From positions 1-64,000 of the IMG/VR virus record IMGVR_UViG_3300035698_007508: a stretch of 64,000 bases of DNA; one strand, 5' to 3'. The DNA is from a virus. This document shows positions 36,283 through 46,246 of the stretch, in pieces (position 1 is the stretch's first letter; the number at the start of each line of letters is the position of its first letter). The translations under genes were made by a program, and so were the position numbers. The notes below the pieces were generated by a model. It ran no database searches, was not told the origin of the DNA, and saw only the letters and a program-made list of their open reading frames with translations.

Positions 36283-39243
36283 ATGCAGACAACCATCGGA
36301 CAGGTACTTGTAAACGACGCGCTTCCCGAGGAAATGCGGAATTACGGTCGGATATTGACCAGCAACGAAGCTGATGACTTGTTGGGCGCGGTTGCGCGTG
36401 ACCACCCCGAGGACTACCGTGATATCTCCCATGCACTGGTACAATTGGGCCGCAACGCCGCGTTCGAAGAGTCAGCAACGCTGTCCCTGTCTGACATGCA
36501 GGTCCCGTTTGACCGTAAAGAGCTGTTCGATCATGTACGCACTCAGACCCGTAAGATCATGGCGTCCAAGGATATGACTGACGATCAGAAACAGCAAGCG
36601 CTGGTTAGCGTATACGGGCAAGTCCAGAAATTCTTCGTCGATAACACGTACAAGGATATGGCGGCCAAGGACAACCCATTCGCGCTACAGGTACTGTCTA
36701 AGGCCCGCGGTAACCCGTCCCAGCTTGCAGCACTCATGACTACGCCTGGTACGTATACCGATGCATATGGCAACGTGATTCCCGTTTTCGTCCGCCATTC
36801 CTACGCCGAGGGCCTGAGCCCTCACGAGTACTGGGCGGGTACGTACGGCGCTAGGCAGGGTGTGATATGTTTGCATCCCGATACGGAGGTATTATTAGCC
36901 GATTTTACGGTCAGGAGGTTATCCGAGATCCGCGTTGGCGACACAGTATTAACAGATACTAATGAAGGCTTGGTACCTACTGCAGTACGTGCTGTGCACA
37001 ATAACGGGCTACAGCCTATGTATGAATTTACGTTCCGTAAGAATGCGAGCCAGTCTTACGTGCATGTCACGTGTACTGACCAACACAAATTCAAGGCGCG
37101 TTTGTGGAAGTCGGGCGCACGAGGCACGCCGCGAAAACTGCTTGAACCGCAGCTACGTCCTTTGTCAGACGCACGGTACCAGCGCAGGAAATGGAATAAT
37201 AATTACGTGGCAGTGCCAGCTGGAGGCGCGTGCGTTGGAGGTAAGCACGAACCGTTGGCATTACTATTGGGTTTGATGCTGGGTGACGGGTGTACAACCA
37301 AGTCTACACGTGGGCGATATAGTATCAGCTGCGCTGATCAGATTCTGATACGCGATGTACACGATTATATGGCAGAGCACGGTGTAGAACTGGTTAAAGT
37401 CGGTGGTGACAATTATAACTGGGTATTGAAACAGGCTTCAGCTGTATTCAATACCACACATACCAGCTTGACGAGCTATATGGGCGGAAAGTATGCACAC
37501 CAGAAAACATTACCGGTAGATATATATACGTGGGATACACACAGTATAGGCGCATTGGTAGGCGGATTGATAAGCGCTGACGGTAGCTTTACGCGCAGCG
37601 AAACAAGTAAGTGGATGTGTATACAGTGCACATCCAGAGATATGATCGCAGAACTGCATCGCGTACTGGAACTCAGACTAGGCGTATGGTGTAACCCTAT
37701 TTACCGTGTGGATAAAGCTGACAAACAGCACGCAGTACACGATCAATACGGTTTCACGATCACGCACCCCGATTCACTATGCAAACTTAGAGCGTGTATC
37801 ACGCTTGTAGGTATAAAGCGTGAACAGTTTGCAGCGTGGGATCTCAAGCCAGGTACGCGCTATAGTCCGCACGGTTTTCGTATACAGGGGCGTAGACTTG
37901 TCGGTATGCAGCCTGCACTAGATCTAGAAGTTGAGCACGTTTCTCATACATTTGTACTGGCGAACGGACTTATATCGTCTAATAGTACGAAATTTGCCAC
38001 CCGTGACGCTGGCGATCTAGGTAAGCAGTTCAACCAGGCGGCCATGCGTATGGTCGTGACCGCGAATGACTGCGACACGGCGAGCGGTATACCGGTCTCC
38101 ACCGACGACAAGGATACGATTGGTGGGGTACTGGCGCGTAAGGCCGGCAAGTACCCACCCGGCACCGTAGTTTCCAAAGAGGTACTTGAGGATCTGCAGG
38201 ACCTGGACAGTATCGTGGTGCGGTCTCCGCTCACCTGCGGCTTGTCCCAGGGCGTGTGCAAGCAGTGCGTCGGGCTCCGTGAGAATGGGGCCTTCCCGAA
38301 CACGGGCGATCATGTAGGTATCAACGCGGCCAGTGCGCTGGCCGAACGTATCGCCCAAGGAAGCTTAAATGTGAAACATTCTGGCGGCATGTCCAAGGGC
38401 GATACGGGCGAGAAAGTTTACGCTGGCTTCGATGTGATCAATCAGCTGTTCCAGGCACCCAAGACGTTTCCGAACCGCGCCGCCATCGCCACGATGGACG
38501 GCCGTGTTGATCGTATCGAGCCCGCCGCACAGGGCGGTCAGAACATCTATATCGACGACGAGCTCCATTACGCGTTGCCTGACGCCAAGGTAACCGTGCA
38601 GGTAGGGGACCGGGTCGAGGCTGGTGACCAGCTGTCCAGCGGTATTCTTAATCCCCGAGAGGTCGTGCAGTATAAAGGTATCGGCGAGGGCCGGCGTTAC
38701 TTCACGGAACGGGCGGCCCAGGCATTCCGTGAGAGCGGGTACAGCATCAATCGCCGCAATCTCGAAATCCTGGTTCGCGGTATGATGGATCACGCGGTGG
38801 TAGATGATCCCGACGGTTCTGGCGATTACCTACCAGGCGACATCGTGTCCTACAACGCTCTGGCCCGCGGGTACCGGCCACGCAAGGACGCGCAGCAGTT
38901 GGACACGGACAAGGCTATCGGACAGTACCTGGAACAGCCGATCCTGCACCACACGATCGGGACGCGCATCACCCGCGCTATGGCCAAGCAGTTACGTGAC
39001 TTCGGACACACACGTGTACTGGCGCACCCGTCGGTACCATCGTTTTCCCCGACGATGGTAGGCCTGCGTGCCGTACCGCAGCAGGAGTCAGACTGGATGG
39101 CACAGATGGGCTCCAGCCATTTGCAGAAGAATTTGCTCAAGAACGTACAGCGTAATGCTGAGTCTCAGACGCACGGCCTACACCCGGTACCGGCGTTGGC
39201 TAAAGGTGTGGACTTCGGAGATACAGAGGAGGTCGGGTACTGA
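36283..39243 (+). CDS. rpoC: RNA polymerase beta-prime C-terminal half, intein-containing
   Basis: TTIGQVL.N..LP, SKARGNPSQL, EGLSPHEY....GARQG (bridge helix), VVT.NDC, RSPLTC...GVC..C.G (Zn), trigger loop AERIAQGSLNVKHSGG, INRRNLEILVRGM. Confidence 0.93.
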   Translation: MQTTIGQVLVNDALPEEMRNYGRILTSNEADDLLGAVARDHPEDYRDISHALVQLGRNAAFEESATLSLSDMQVPFDRKELFDHVRTQTRKIMASKDMTDDQKQQALVSVYGQVQKFFVDNTYKDMAAKDNPFALQVLSKARGNPSQLAALMTTPGTYTDAYGNVIPVFVRHSYAEGLSPHEYWAGTYGARQGVICLHPDTEVLLADFTVRRLSEIRVGDTVLTDTNEGLVPTAVRAVHNNGLQPMYEFTFRKNASQSYVHVTCTDQHKFKARLWKSGARGTPRKLLEPQLRPLSDARYQRRKWNNNYVAVPAGGACVGGKHEPLALLLGLMLGDGCTTKSTRGRYSISCADQILIRDVHDYMAEHGVELVKVGGDNYNWVLKQASAVFNTTHTSLTSYMGGKYAHQKTLPVDIYTWDTHSIGALVGGLISADGSFTRSETSKWMCIQCTSRDMIAELHRVLELRLGVWCNPIYRVDKADKQHAVHDQYGFTITHPDSLCKLRACITLVGIKREQFAAWDLKPGTRYSPHGFRIQGRRLVGMQPALDLEVEHVSHTFVLANGLISSNSTKFATRDAGDLGKQFNQAAMRMVVTANDCDTASGIPVSTDDKDTIGGVLARKAGKYPPGTVVSKEVLEDLQDLDSIVVRSPLTCGLSQGVCKQCVGLRENGAFPNTGDHVGINAASALAERIAQGSLNVKHSGGMSKGDTGEKVYAGFDVINQLFQAPKTFPNRAAIATMDGRVDRIEPAAQGGQNIYIDDELHYALPDAKVTVQVGDRVEAGDQLSSGILNPREVVQYKGIGEGRRYFTERAAQAFRESGYSINRRNLEILVRGMMDHAVVDDPDGSGDYLPGDIVSYNALARGYRPRKDAQQLDTDKAIGQYLEQPILHHTIGTRITRAMAKQLRDFGHTRVLAHPSVPSFSPTMVGLRAVPQQESDWMAQMGSSHLQKNLLKNVQRNAESQTHGLHPVPALAKGVDFGDTEEVGY
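36868..37983 (+). mobile_element. Intein with LAGLIDADG homing endonuclease (372 aa)
   Basis: Starts CLHPDT, ends TFVLANGLISSN with Ser+1; LLGLMLGDG and VGGLISADG motifs; removing it restores GARQGVI-STKFAT; visibly more AT-rich than the flanks. Confidence 0.92.
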
Positions 39244-39413
39244 TGGGTACGCTATCCAAACATTATGGGACTGGTGCAGCCACGGGGTTGACAGGTTACT
39301 TATTGACCCGTATGCTCTTACCACGGTCTGAACAGCCCGAGAACCGTTCGTTGAGTGAGGCAGATCAATTTTACGAAGTGGAGGCCGACGCAGGTTGTTG
39401 GCGTCCGCTATAG
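39243..39413 (+). CDS. Small hydrophobic peptide (MGTLSKHYGTGAATGLTGYLL...)
   Basis: 56-aa ORF read from the sequence; ATG overlaps the rpoC stop. Confidence 0.4.
   Translation: MGTLSKHYGTGAATGLTGYLLTRMLLPRSEQPENRSLSEADQFYEVEADAGCWRPL
39288..39316 (+). promoter_or_regulatory. Sigma70-like promoter upstream of the head gene block
   Basis: TTGACA-17 nt-TATGCT. Confidence 0.55.
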
Positions 39414-39495
39414 CGGTTCGCGTAAGCGTGTAGAAAATACTTGTCTACTGCGACAGAATGACCCATACTGTGCGGCATAAATCGAGGAGAGTATC

Positions 39496-42348
39496 ATGAA
39501 GTTGGCTGACGTTCTGGCGACCCCGCCAAATAGCTTGATCAAGGACGCGGATATCGAGAGTCCCGACGAGGCGCAACTGGAGCGGGACTTTGCGAGCATG
39601 GCGTTCGTGTTCTTGCGTGACCGAGCCCCGGCGCTTATGCCCTATCTATTAGGGTTCGAGGTCGTAGACCGCGAAGAAGACGGTTCCCGCGCTATCGGTA
39701 TCTTTGGATTCAAGATCTCCGGCGAATACTACTACGTCCCCGCGTTCTTCGTGAACCAGCAGGTCAAAGGTATGGACCTGTTGTTCGCCAAGAAGACCAA
39801 CAGTTTCATGCCGCTGCGTGAGACCTGGATCAATCATTTGCTCGACAAGTCCACGTTACAGCTCGGCGAAGGCCGTAACGACAAGAAGCTGCGCGAAGAC
39901 TTCGAGAACCCCAATTTCGACTTCATCTCGTCACCGCCTGGTACGACCAAGCTGGCCAACGCCGGACTCGGTTACCTGTTCACAGCAGAGGAACTGGCTA
40001 AGTTGGGTCAGATTGTCACACCGGCACAGACGTCGGGTATCCCGCGTCCCCTGATGATGGCACAGCAGGCACAACCGGGCGCACAGCCGCAGCAGGACCC
40101 GAACGCCAGCGGCGCAGCTGTACAGCCACCACCAGCGTCCGGCGTCGTGCCGGTAGGTAACGTGGCCACACTTCAACAGGCTGGTCAGGTACTACCCGGG
40201 AACGTCACCGGTCAGACACCGCAGTTCCCCGGTAAGGCTGCAGGCGTTAGCGCACGCGGTAAGCGAGACGGTAGCGGTCCATACGGTGCTAGTGCGCAGC
40301 GTTCGTTGACCGGTGATAAGGGCGTACGTCAACTTGCTGGCGAAGAATGTCCGATGGCGGCCGGCGGCACCAAGGCCGATTCAGAACTCACACCGGCGGA
40401 AGCCAAGGCGCGTAAAGCGTGGAAGTCTAGCCAAAAACAGGCCGGGTGGCACGTTGGCCAGTGTCACGAAGCATGGAACGATATACAGGGCGCCGTCGCG
40501 GAAAGCATGGCCAAGGATGCCGCTTTTCAGATGGACTGGGCCGGGTTCGTCGCAGCTCTCAACAAGCAGACCCTTGACGATTGGCACAAAACGGCTGACG
40601 GTAGCCCTCTTCTTTCATACATCGCGCACCACGGTGGTCCACGGGCTGCACGTGCGCTGATGACGTCGCTGGGTAACGTGAAGTTCGCCAACGCGGCCCT
40701 TCTTTTTTACCCATCAGTCGAGTCCCTGTACGTGCACGAGTTCGACGCCAGCCTACAGCCCGAGAAGCGTGCAGCTACGATCAGCGTGGTCAGTAGCGGC
40801 GAGATGGATGGACCATGTTGCCCTGAAGACGCTTCCGACGCCGAGCGTAAACGTCTGGTACGCGATAGTTTCAGCATCATCGATCGCCGTGACTCCGAGT
40901 CCAAGTCGGAAGTGTTCGACGCTGCGTACGAGAAGCAGTACTCTAATCCGACCGAGAGCGGTACCTACGACTTGTTACTGCCAACCGGTAGTACGGCCGA
41001 GGCCTGGGTTCTACAACAGGCGGGCGGACAACCTGGTAAGGGCCTGGTAGTTGTCGAGCCGTCCAATCGTTTCTTCTTCACTGCCGATCCATCCCGCGTA
41101 TACGTACGCGGGGAACAGCGGGACGGTGATGGCCCGTACGCTAAGGCCAAGTCGCTGGGTAGCATGCAATCGGACGAGCGCTACATCCTGGTCAACGAGC
41201 GCGGCGACGCAAGCGCGCCATTCCGCGTACAAGCCGTGGTGGCCGAGAACGGTGAGCGCGTACGCATCCGTGTGAACTTTGAGACCTGTGTGGATCACGC
41301 GAAGTCACGTGCTGGTACGTTCGACGGTATCAGTGATGGTTACTATGACGATCGCACCAAGTACCTGCAGCTGTCCGACGACTCCAGTCCGAAGCTGCGT
41401 AAGGCCAATGAGAACCTGATTGTGTCCAAGGCATGGAAGGTAGTGAGCCTGGTCGACAAATACGATTACGCTCGCCCACCCAAGGCTATGGACGATCCGG
41501 AAGAGCGTTCCGCCGCACGTTCCGCCGCGGAGAATGCGTACGACGCGTTCTCACCCGGTGACCCTATTGACTTGGAAGAGGCATTCGGCAAGCACGCGAT
41601 CCATCGACTGACTGTTGAGGCTGCGGACCAGGGTAACACCTTCTATAGCTACTTCGACGGTTACACCGACGGTCCGTGGACGCAGAAGCAGGCCATGCTC
41701 AAGCTGGTTACCAAGTACGGCATGAGCGTTGACGACGCCGAGGACACGATGCTGGACGCCGTGGCGAACATGAAATCACGCAAGCTGATCAAACTGGCGC
41801 AGGGTGTCGGTATCGGCATGAACATGCCGCAACCCCCGAGCGCTACCGGCTCTGACCCGAGCACGGGAGTTCCGATCGAGGAACCGTGGACTGGTACCGA
41901 GACCGGCGAAATGCTGGGCGCACCGCCGCTGGCTGATACGATGGAGCCTGGCTACGCTGTCGGCGGGCAGACCGAGAACGAACTGTCCAGCGGTGGGCAG
42001 CAGGACGCGGGTCAGGAAGCTATGGCCCTGTCTGAACAGGCTGCCCAGACCGGTCAGAAGAACGTGTTCGATCACGCGACGATCGGTGGACTGGTACGCC
42101 TGTACGACGCTTCATCTGTGATCGATCAGTACGTACCCGAGCTGATCAAGGCGCTCGACCGCGTCGGTCGTATTCTCTTCATTTTCTACTGGAAGAACGA
42201 GGACTTCGCGGAACGTTACGGCAAGGAAGACCTGGCCGAAATGGAAGACCTGATCCGCGGTGTGTTCAAATCGTTCGGCGACTTGGTGCTCAAGTTGAAG
42301 CAGAAGTCGGTCGGTTCCGACGACAGCAAGGACGTGTTGGCGATATGA
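39496..42348 (+). CDS. Large K-x-A-motif internal head protein
   Basis: GAGGAG SD; KLAD, KLAN, KQAG, KTAD, KRAA, KLAQ; Q/P-rich linkers. Confidence 0.75.
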   Translation: MKLADVLATPPNSLIKDADIESPDEAQLERDFASMAFVFLRDRAPALMPYLLGFEVVDREEDGSRAIGIFGFKISGEYYYVPAFFVNQQVKGMDLLFAKKTNSFMPLRETWINHLLDKSTLQLGEGRNDKKLREDFENPNFDFISSPPGTTKLANAGLGYLFTAEELAKLGQIVTPAQTSGIPRPLMMAQQAQPGAQPQQDPNASGAAVQPPPASGVVPVGNVATLQQAGQVLPGNVTGQTPQFPGKAAGVSARGKRDGSGPYGASAQRSLTGDKGVRQLAGEECPMAAGGTKADSELTPAEAKARKAWKSSQKQAGWHVGQCHEAWNDIQGAVAESMAKDAAFQMDWAGFVAALNKQTLDDWHKTADGSPLLSYIAHHGGPRAARALMTSLGNVKFANAALLFYPSVESLYVHEFDASLQPEKRAATISVVSSGEMDGPCCPEDASDAERKRLVRDSFSIIDRRDSESKSEVFDAAYEKQYSNPTESGTYDLLLPTGSTAEAWVLQQAGGQPGKGLVVVEPSNRFFFTADPSRVYVRGEQRDGDGPYAKAKSLGSMQSDERYILVNERGDASAPFRVQAVVAENGERVRIRVNFETCVDHAKSRAGTFDGISDGYYDDRTKYLQLSDDSSPKLRKANENLIVSKAWKVVSLVDKYDYARPPKAMDDPEERSAARSAAENAYDAFSPGDPIDLEEAFGKHAIHRLTVEAADQGNTFYSYFDGYTDGPWTQKQAMLKLVTKYGMSVDDAEDTMLDAVANMKSRKLIKLAQGVGIGMNMPQPPSATGSDPSTGVPIEEPWTGTETGEMLGAPPLADTMEPGYAVGGQTENELSSGGQQDAGQEAMALSEQAAQTGQKNVFDHATIGGLVRLYDASSVIDQYVPELIKALDRVGRILFIFYWKNEDFAERYGKEDLAEMEDLIRGVFKSFGDLVLKLKQKSVGSDDSKDVLAI

Positions 42349-43364
42349 TCTTGGGCAACCGCGATATCCGGACCCCGTTCATCAGCGAGGGCGATGATCC
42401 GCTGAACGTGGTATGCGACTGGCCGCACCAGGTCGCCGTAGCCATGCGGGATCAGAATATCAAGTATCGTCGGTTACCTAAGGTACTGAGAGACACGCCT
42501 GAGTGTAAGTTGATTTGTACGCATGCCGAGTTCTTGACCGCGTTCGCGCAGTCAGAGGCTGCGGCGCGGAAGAAGTACAACCTACACCACATCGCTGACG
42601 GTTGGTTTACGCGTCGTGGTGAGTCGCTGGGTAGGGATTATGTGGATCCTATGTTGCTCGGCGGCGCGCCTCACGGGGTGACCGCGGCGCTATGCGGGGA
42701 AGAGGTATTGATGCAGAAGTGCCCGATAGAACTGATTGAGATCTATGAGAAGCTGTTCTACCATTGCCGCGCCGCAGACGGCACGATGGTGGCTTCGCCA
42801 ATCCGTAAACGTATCTTGGCACTCAATGGCCAACCTACGTTGACGCCCCGTGCGACAGCGCAGGACAAATGGAAAGCCGTGGCGGCGATTTTCGACTATT
42901 CAACGCTCGTCGAGTACTGGGGCTTCTGGGAGATTGACACGGCCGGCTCGTTACCGGACGCTGTACGGTTCATGCGCCAGAAACGTTATGGACAAGAGCA
43001 TATGTTTGAGCGTATTATGACGGGGCAAATTGATGATGAACAGACACTTGCAATGGTAAGCCAGAGTATGGAGCACGAAAAGCAACAGTTTGAGATGGGC
43101 GCTGGTGCCAGCGAGAACGTGTGGGCACAGCTATTCGGTCGTGTATTGCAACTGGTGGCGCCGGAACTAGCTCCGCTGCCACAGTCCGAAGCGCAGATGC
43201 AGTCCCAGAGTGCTGCACTGACCCGCAAACTGGAGGCGCAGCGCAACGTGCATACCATCGATGTAGAGGACGCTGGTCCTGCTGCTGGCCGTGACGCACG
43301 CAATCAACAGATTCAGCAACACTTAGAGGCTGAAGCAGCAAGACAGGAGGCACCGGTACAATGA
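42345..43364 (+). CDS. Hypothetical protein in the head module
   Basis: ATGA coupling, 339 aa. Confidence 0.75.
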   Translation: MILGNRDIRTPFISEGDDPLNVVCDWPHQVAVAMRDQNIKYRRLPKVLRDTPECKLICTHAEFLTAFAQSEAAARKKYNLHHIADGWFTRRGESLGRDYVDPMLLGGAPHGVTAALCGEEVLMQKCPIELIEIYEKLFYHCRAADGTMVASPIRKRILALNGQPTLTPRATAQDKWKAVAAIFDYSTLVEYWGFWEIDTAGSLPDAVRFMRQKRYGQEHMFERIMTGQIDDEQTLAMVSQSMEHEKQQFEMGAGASENVWAQLFGRVLQLVAPELAPLPQSEAQMQSQSAALTRKLEAQRNVHTIDVEDAGPAAGRDARNQQIQQHLEAEAARQEAPVQ

Positions 43365-44839
43365 TCGATCCAGTACTGAAGGATAAGCTGATGGGAGCAC
43401 TCCAAACCAGCGTTGATCATATCAACGGTGGTATGCAGGCTCAGGAAGCGGTGGTTAAGGCAGCCACCGCCGCAGACTTTAACGTCGAACAGTCCCGCCG
43501 GTTGTGCGAGCTGTTCAACACCGCCCGTACCCTATATCATTTCGAGCGGAACCCCGGCCAGAAGGAGGCGTCATTCGAGCTGATCGACGCCGACGCAGTG
43601 CTTGGTGATATCTTCACCGCACCCGGGACCGCGCCGAAGATTGCGCAGGATGCAGTTCCCGACTATACTGAGTACGATAGTCCTGAACTGATGGTACGGG
43701 ACGGCATGGTAGTCGAGGCCGCCGCCGAACTTTGGCCCAAAGCGGCCGAAGCGCTCCCGAGCCTGGATATGCAAGCCCGCCGGGCATATCGCATCATAGA
43801 TACGCAGCGTGGACTGGCCGACCAGACGCAGTCCGAGTGTAGGCAGGCCGAGATTCACATATCGCAGTCATTGAGTAAACTTGCGGCGGCCATCGGGCAA
43901 GACTTCAGCTTGAACGGTCCGGCACGCTATGCGCGATTCCTACGGGCCCGTGACGGCCAGGAGGATCAGCCCGTAGTGGCTAAGCTGGCAGAGTTCCTAC
44001 CGGCCTACGTCAAGGTCAGTGCAGGCGATCTGGCGGCCTGTGGCCGTATCGTCGAGGACCGCGACCTACAGCCGTGGTTCGCACACATCGATTTTGCGCG
44101 TCAGATGGAGCATCAGGCTACTGCCTCGTTGGCCATTGCACGCACTGTGGCGAAGGAAGCACAAGCCTTCGAGGATGCCTTCGTCGGCATGGTCGGCGGA
44201 CAGCGACATGAACCAGATGTAATTGAGACCCTTCTCGCCCCTTTTGTGGAAAAACGTAGCGCCGAAGGCGCCGGCACGTACAGCATACCGACGCTGGACG
44301 TGGGTGCTGCGTTTGGACTGACACCGGAGCGCACGACGCCTGCGAGCCTGCGTGGCGAGGGTAACAAGAACCTCGGTACCCGCACCGTAGAGCGTCAGCC
44401 GGGCTTGGCCGGTAAGCTGCTTGGCGGCACCGGTGGTATCGTCGGCGAGGCCACGAAGGATTACGTGACGTCCGGGATCAAGACGTTGGGACAACGCGGC
44501 GTGGCCGAGAACCGTACGATCACGGACCGGTTAAAGAATCAGCAACGCGAAGTACTGCTACAGGACCTGCTGGCCACCGATCCGTTTATCAGCGAAGCCG
44601 ATCCACAATCTGTGGCTAATGGGTACCTGACGATCATGCAGGTAGCGCCCGAGGTGTCCACCAACAAGGAAGTGGTCCGTGCGGTGTTGCGGCAGCTGAT
44701 ACACACCGGCGCGCTTAGCACGTTCGACGCGTCGTCGCTGGCCGACCTTGAGAAGACTATTCGCGAAACAGCTGGTACACTACCAGTGCGGCAAACTGTG
44801 GGGGCAATTGGCCGGGACCGCAGTAGTAGACGAAGATGA
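43361..44839 (+). CDS. K-x-A-motif internal head protein
   Basis: VKAAT, KIAQ, KAAE, EKRSA. Confidence 0.75.
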   Translation: MIDPVLKDKLMGALQTSVDHINGGMQAQEAVVKAATAADFNVEQSRRLCELFNTARTLYHFERNPGQKEASFELIDADAVLGDIFTAPGTAPKIAQDAVPDYTEYDSPELMVRDGMVVEAAAELWPKAAEALPSLDMQARRAYRIIDTQRGLADQTQSECRQAEIHISQSLSKLAAAIGQDFSLNGPARYARFLRARDGQEDQPVVAKLAEFLPAYVKVSAGDLAACGRIVEDRDLQPWFAHIDFARQMEHQATASLAIARTVAKEAQAFEDAFVGMVGGQRHEPDVIETLLAPFVEKRSAEGAGTYSIPTLDVGAAFGLTPERTTPASLRGEGNKNLGTRTVERQPGLAGKLLGGTGGIVGEATKDYVTSGIKTLGQRGVAENRTITDRLKNQQREVLLQDLLATDPFISEADPQSVANGYLTIMQVAPEVSTNKEVVRAVLRQLIHTGALSTFDASSLADLEKTIRETAGTLPVRQTVGAIGRDRSSRRR

Positions 44840-45189
44840 AGATCCGGACATACAAGAAGTTGGAAGGCGGTATCTACCGCGTATCCATGTACACACAGGA
44901 CTGGTCAGAACTGGATCAACAGCTGATGGCCAAGTTTGACGAGCCTGAGATCGATCTAGGCGGTACGTTTACCGGCGCGCCGTCGCTCGATTTCGACCTG
45001 GACAACGACTTGGTACGGATCATGAGCGAATCACCGTTCTCCGTCGCTTTCGATATCGATGATTACGCGGACGCGCACGACCGCGCCGAACTCTGGGCCG
45101 ATACGATTCAGGCTCGGATCACGAGCGCCGTTTTCGCGCTCCGGTTGAATGCGGACGGATACACCGGCGAAGAGGTCACGGAGGTCTGA
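44836..45189 (+). CDS. Small acidic putative virion protein
   Basis: ATGA coupling. Confidence 0.7.
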   Translation: MKIRTYKKLEGGIYRVSMYTQDWSELDQQLMAKFDEPEIDLGGTFTGAPSLDFDLDNDLVRIMSESPFSVAFDIDDYADAHDRAELWADTIQARITSAVFALRLNADGYTGEEVTEV

Positions 45190-45190
45190 T

Positions 45191-46246
45191 ATGGACAAAG
45201 AAGCACAATGGGCACAGAACGCATTGGAAGCCGTACGACGTGCCGGATCGCGTGGAGCTGATGCGGTACGCAGTATTCCACAGGTTCGGCAGTTACAAAG
45301 GTCGTTAAAGGACAATCCGCAGCTCAAACAGATGCTGGTCAACAGTTTGATAGGCGCCGGCGCCGGCGCTGGTACGCTCGGCCTGGCTCGTGCGTTCACA
45401 CCGCATGACGAGGAAGAGGATAAGGGAAAGGGCGTCGTGAGTCAGGCGCTACTCGGGGCGTTACTCGGCGGCACGGCAGGTGCGGGCTTTACCGGTATGA
45501 AGCAGTTGTTCAAGCAGCCACCCGCGCCGCCGCCAGCCGCTGCAAGTATGGGCAAGCGAATAGGTAACGCGGCCAGCAACTCCGGTACTGCCACAATAGG
45601 CGCTGGACTACAAAACCCGGGCGCTATCGCCGGCGGAGCACTGGCAGGCGCGACGCACTTCGGCTTTACTAGCATGATGGGGCAACGTGGTTTCCGTACC
45701 GCGCATCCGGTAGTCGATCGCCTACGTGAACTGCGTGCGTCGTCAATGGCACAGAAAGATATGGCACTAGTGTCGGAGATTGATAATATATTGAATAAGT
45801 TTGACAACACTGTAGCCATGCGTCCTGGTCGCTTTCCCACGTTTCGGAAGGCTGTAGGGCACGGCGGCGGGTTACGCGGTAAATTGAATCGGTTGCGTAA
45901 GCCGGCTCCGGGCGCAGTGACACGTAGGCCCACATTCGTTTCCGTGCCCGGTGTACCTCCGAAGGCACGTGGTTGGTTCGGGCGACTGGGTCAGTCGTCT
46001 ACCGGATCCAAAGCTATACGCGACGTCAAGGGCGCAGTGAGGGGTAGGTCTGTATTGAAGCGTGGATTGCGTCGTAGGTCGTTGACTGGGTTACTCGCCA
46101 GTATGATGGGTGGCGCGTATGTCGGCGACAAGATGCAGGACTACCTGGCAGGTCAGGATCACTATGATCCGAACTGGCGTCCGCCGAGTCATACACAGAA
46201 GATCATCCAGCCGTGGACAGACCTAGCAGCGGGAGCTGACAAATGA
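45191..46246 (+). CDS. Glycine-zipper K-x-A virion protein with basic C-terminus
   Basis: MDKEAQ; LIGAGAGAGTLG, ALLGALLGGTAGAG, GAIAGGALAG. Confidence 0.7.
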   Translation: MDKEAQWAQNALEAVRRAGSRGADAVRSIPQVRQLQRSLKDNPQLKQMLVNSLIGAGAGAGTLGLARAFTPHDEEEDKGKGVVSQALLGALLGGTAGAGFTGMKQLFKQPPAPPPAAASMGKRIGNAASNSGTATIGAGLQNPGAIAGGALAGATHFGFTSMMGQRGFRTAHPVVDRLRELRASSMAQKDMALVSEIDNILNKFDNTVAMRPGRFPTFRKAVGHGGGLRGKLNRLRKPAPGAVTRRPTFVSVPGVPPKARGWFGRLGQSSTGSKAIRDVKGAVRGRSVLKRGLRRRSLTGLLASMMGGAYVGDKMQDYLAGQDHYDPNWRPPSHTQKIIQPWTDLAAGADK

